Made by a program: the position numbers and the translations under genes | Source: a virus | Direction: 5' to 3' (one strand) | DNA: 64,000 nucleotides | Virus record (IMG/VR): IMGVR_UViG_3300012926_000004 | Location: 836-64,835 of that record | The notes under the pieces: model-generated | Databases searched by the model: none | The model's input: the letters and a program-made list of their open reading frames with translations, nothing else | What the model was told of the DNA's origin: nothing | Shown here: positions 63,344 through 64,000 of the stretch, piece after piece | How the letters are laid out: each line of letters begins with the position of its first letter | How positions within the stretch are numbered: position 1 is the first letter of the stretch

Positions 63344-63607
63344 ATGTTGACTTATCTTAGTGACCCCGCTGAGTTGAAAGAAGCCAGGCTGTTGTCGACC
63401 TCGCTAGCCGCTATGTCTGTCGGCCAGGAGCTGCAGTTTCCAGTAGCTGTGGACGAGAAGACTGTGGAGTATGTGCATATGCTGCTGCGGGATTGGGGTG
63501 GCGCTAAGGTATGGCGTTTCGAGCGCGAAGTGGTAGTCAAGCGCTGGTGGTTCTTCAAGTGGGATTCGCTCACGGAGAACATAGTTGCAATTCAACGAGT
63601 AAGGTAG
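63344..63607 (+). CDS. hypothetical protein
   Basis: operon position. Confidence 0.55.
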   Translation: MLTYLSDPAELKEARLLSTSLAAMSVGQELQFPVAVDEKTVEYVHMLLRDWGGAKVWRFEREVVVKRWWFFKWDSLTENIVAIQRVR

Positions 63608-63618
63608 GAAGGTCAGTC

Positions 63619-63918
63619 ATGGTTCCAGTGTCGCCAGTGATGCCAGGCAGTCAACCGATCGAGATTCAGCTTGGCGAAAGTCAGGCTAGATATGTGACTG
63701 TGCCGACTGTGGTCATGGAGACTGAGACCGGAACGTATATGAGTAGGTGGCGGCTATGCGACGAGGAACGGCGGATCGTGGCGGCGGGCGGCGACATTGT
63801 ACTGCAGCAACTGACGTTCAAGAATCCGTTTCAGCCGGTGAACTTGCAAGTGGTCATGCCGAATCAGATGCCGTTGATCGCTGAGGATTATCTGGAGGTC
63901 CCTGACGATGAAGACTAG
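63619..63918 (+). CDS. hypothetical phage protein
   Basis: AGGAAGG RBS; SRWRLCDEERRIVAAGGDI...PFQPV resembles a common phage family (from recall). Confidence 0.6.
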   Translation: MVPVSPVMPGSQPIEIQLGESQARYVTVPTVVMETETGTYMSRWRLCDEERRIVAAGGDIVLQQLTFKNPFQPVNLQVVMPNQMPLIAEDYLEVPDDED

Positions 63919-64000
63919 GTGGACGGAGCGCGTTAGGCGCGTGAACCCGGTAAGGCATCGCTGGCATTACGTATCAGAGGAGCAGCCTAGTCAGTATGAA

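Overview
The window is an internal 64-kb segment of a tailed dsDNA phage with a podovirus-like late region. No host genes, integrase, terminase, tRNA or CRISPR array are visible. Left arm (+, 0.4-13.7 kb): recombination/replication module with a Cas4-like nuclease, Sak4-like ATPase, SSB-like protein, HNH, Pif1-like helicase, MazG-like pyrophosphatase and a UDG-fused family A DNA polymerase. Middle (mostly -, 13.7-60 kb): portal, scaffold, major capsid protein, decoration proteins, three adaptor-like proteins, a tail tubular B-like protein, a GNAT protein, internal virion proteins, a fibre cluster, endolysin and holin, with small accessory cassettes inserted. Right end (+, 60-64 kb): accessory operon rich in membrane/secreted proteins. 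Main observations: (1) six fibre-like proteins carry Sec-type signal sequences (mostly AxA-Q) and close Cys pairs, suggesting export and possibly periplasmic virion maturation or surface display; (2) the PolA keeps its catalytic Asp residues but has coordinated substitutions across the conserved minor-groove and steric-gate residues; (3) an HNH-like domain is fused through a TM/signal helix to a fibre; (4) a free-standing HNH gene leaves an adaptor gene with 35 in-frame codons but no start codon; (5) structured RNA elements, some hiding ribosome binding sites, sit between late genes; (6) an Acb2/Tad1-like sponge candidate lies in the head region. An Acidobacteriota-like diderm host is only an inference from recalled family resemblance. 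All family calls come from motif recognition by eye; no database search was run.
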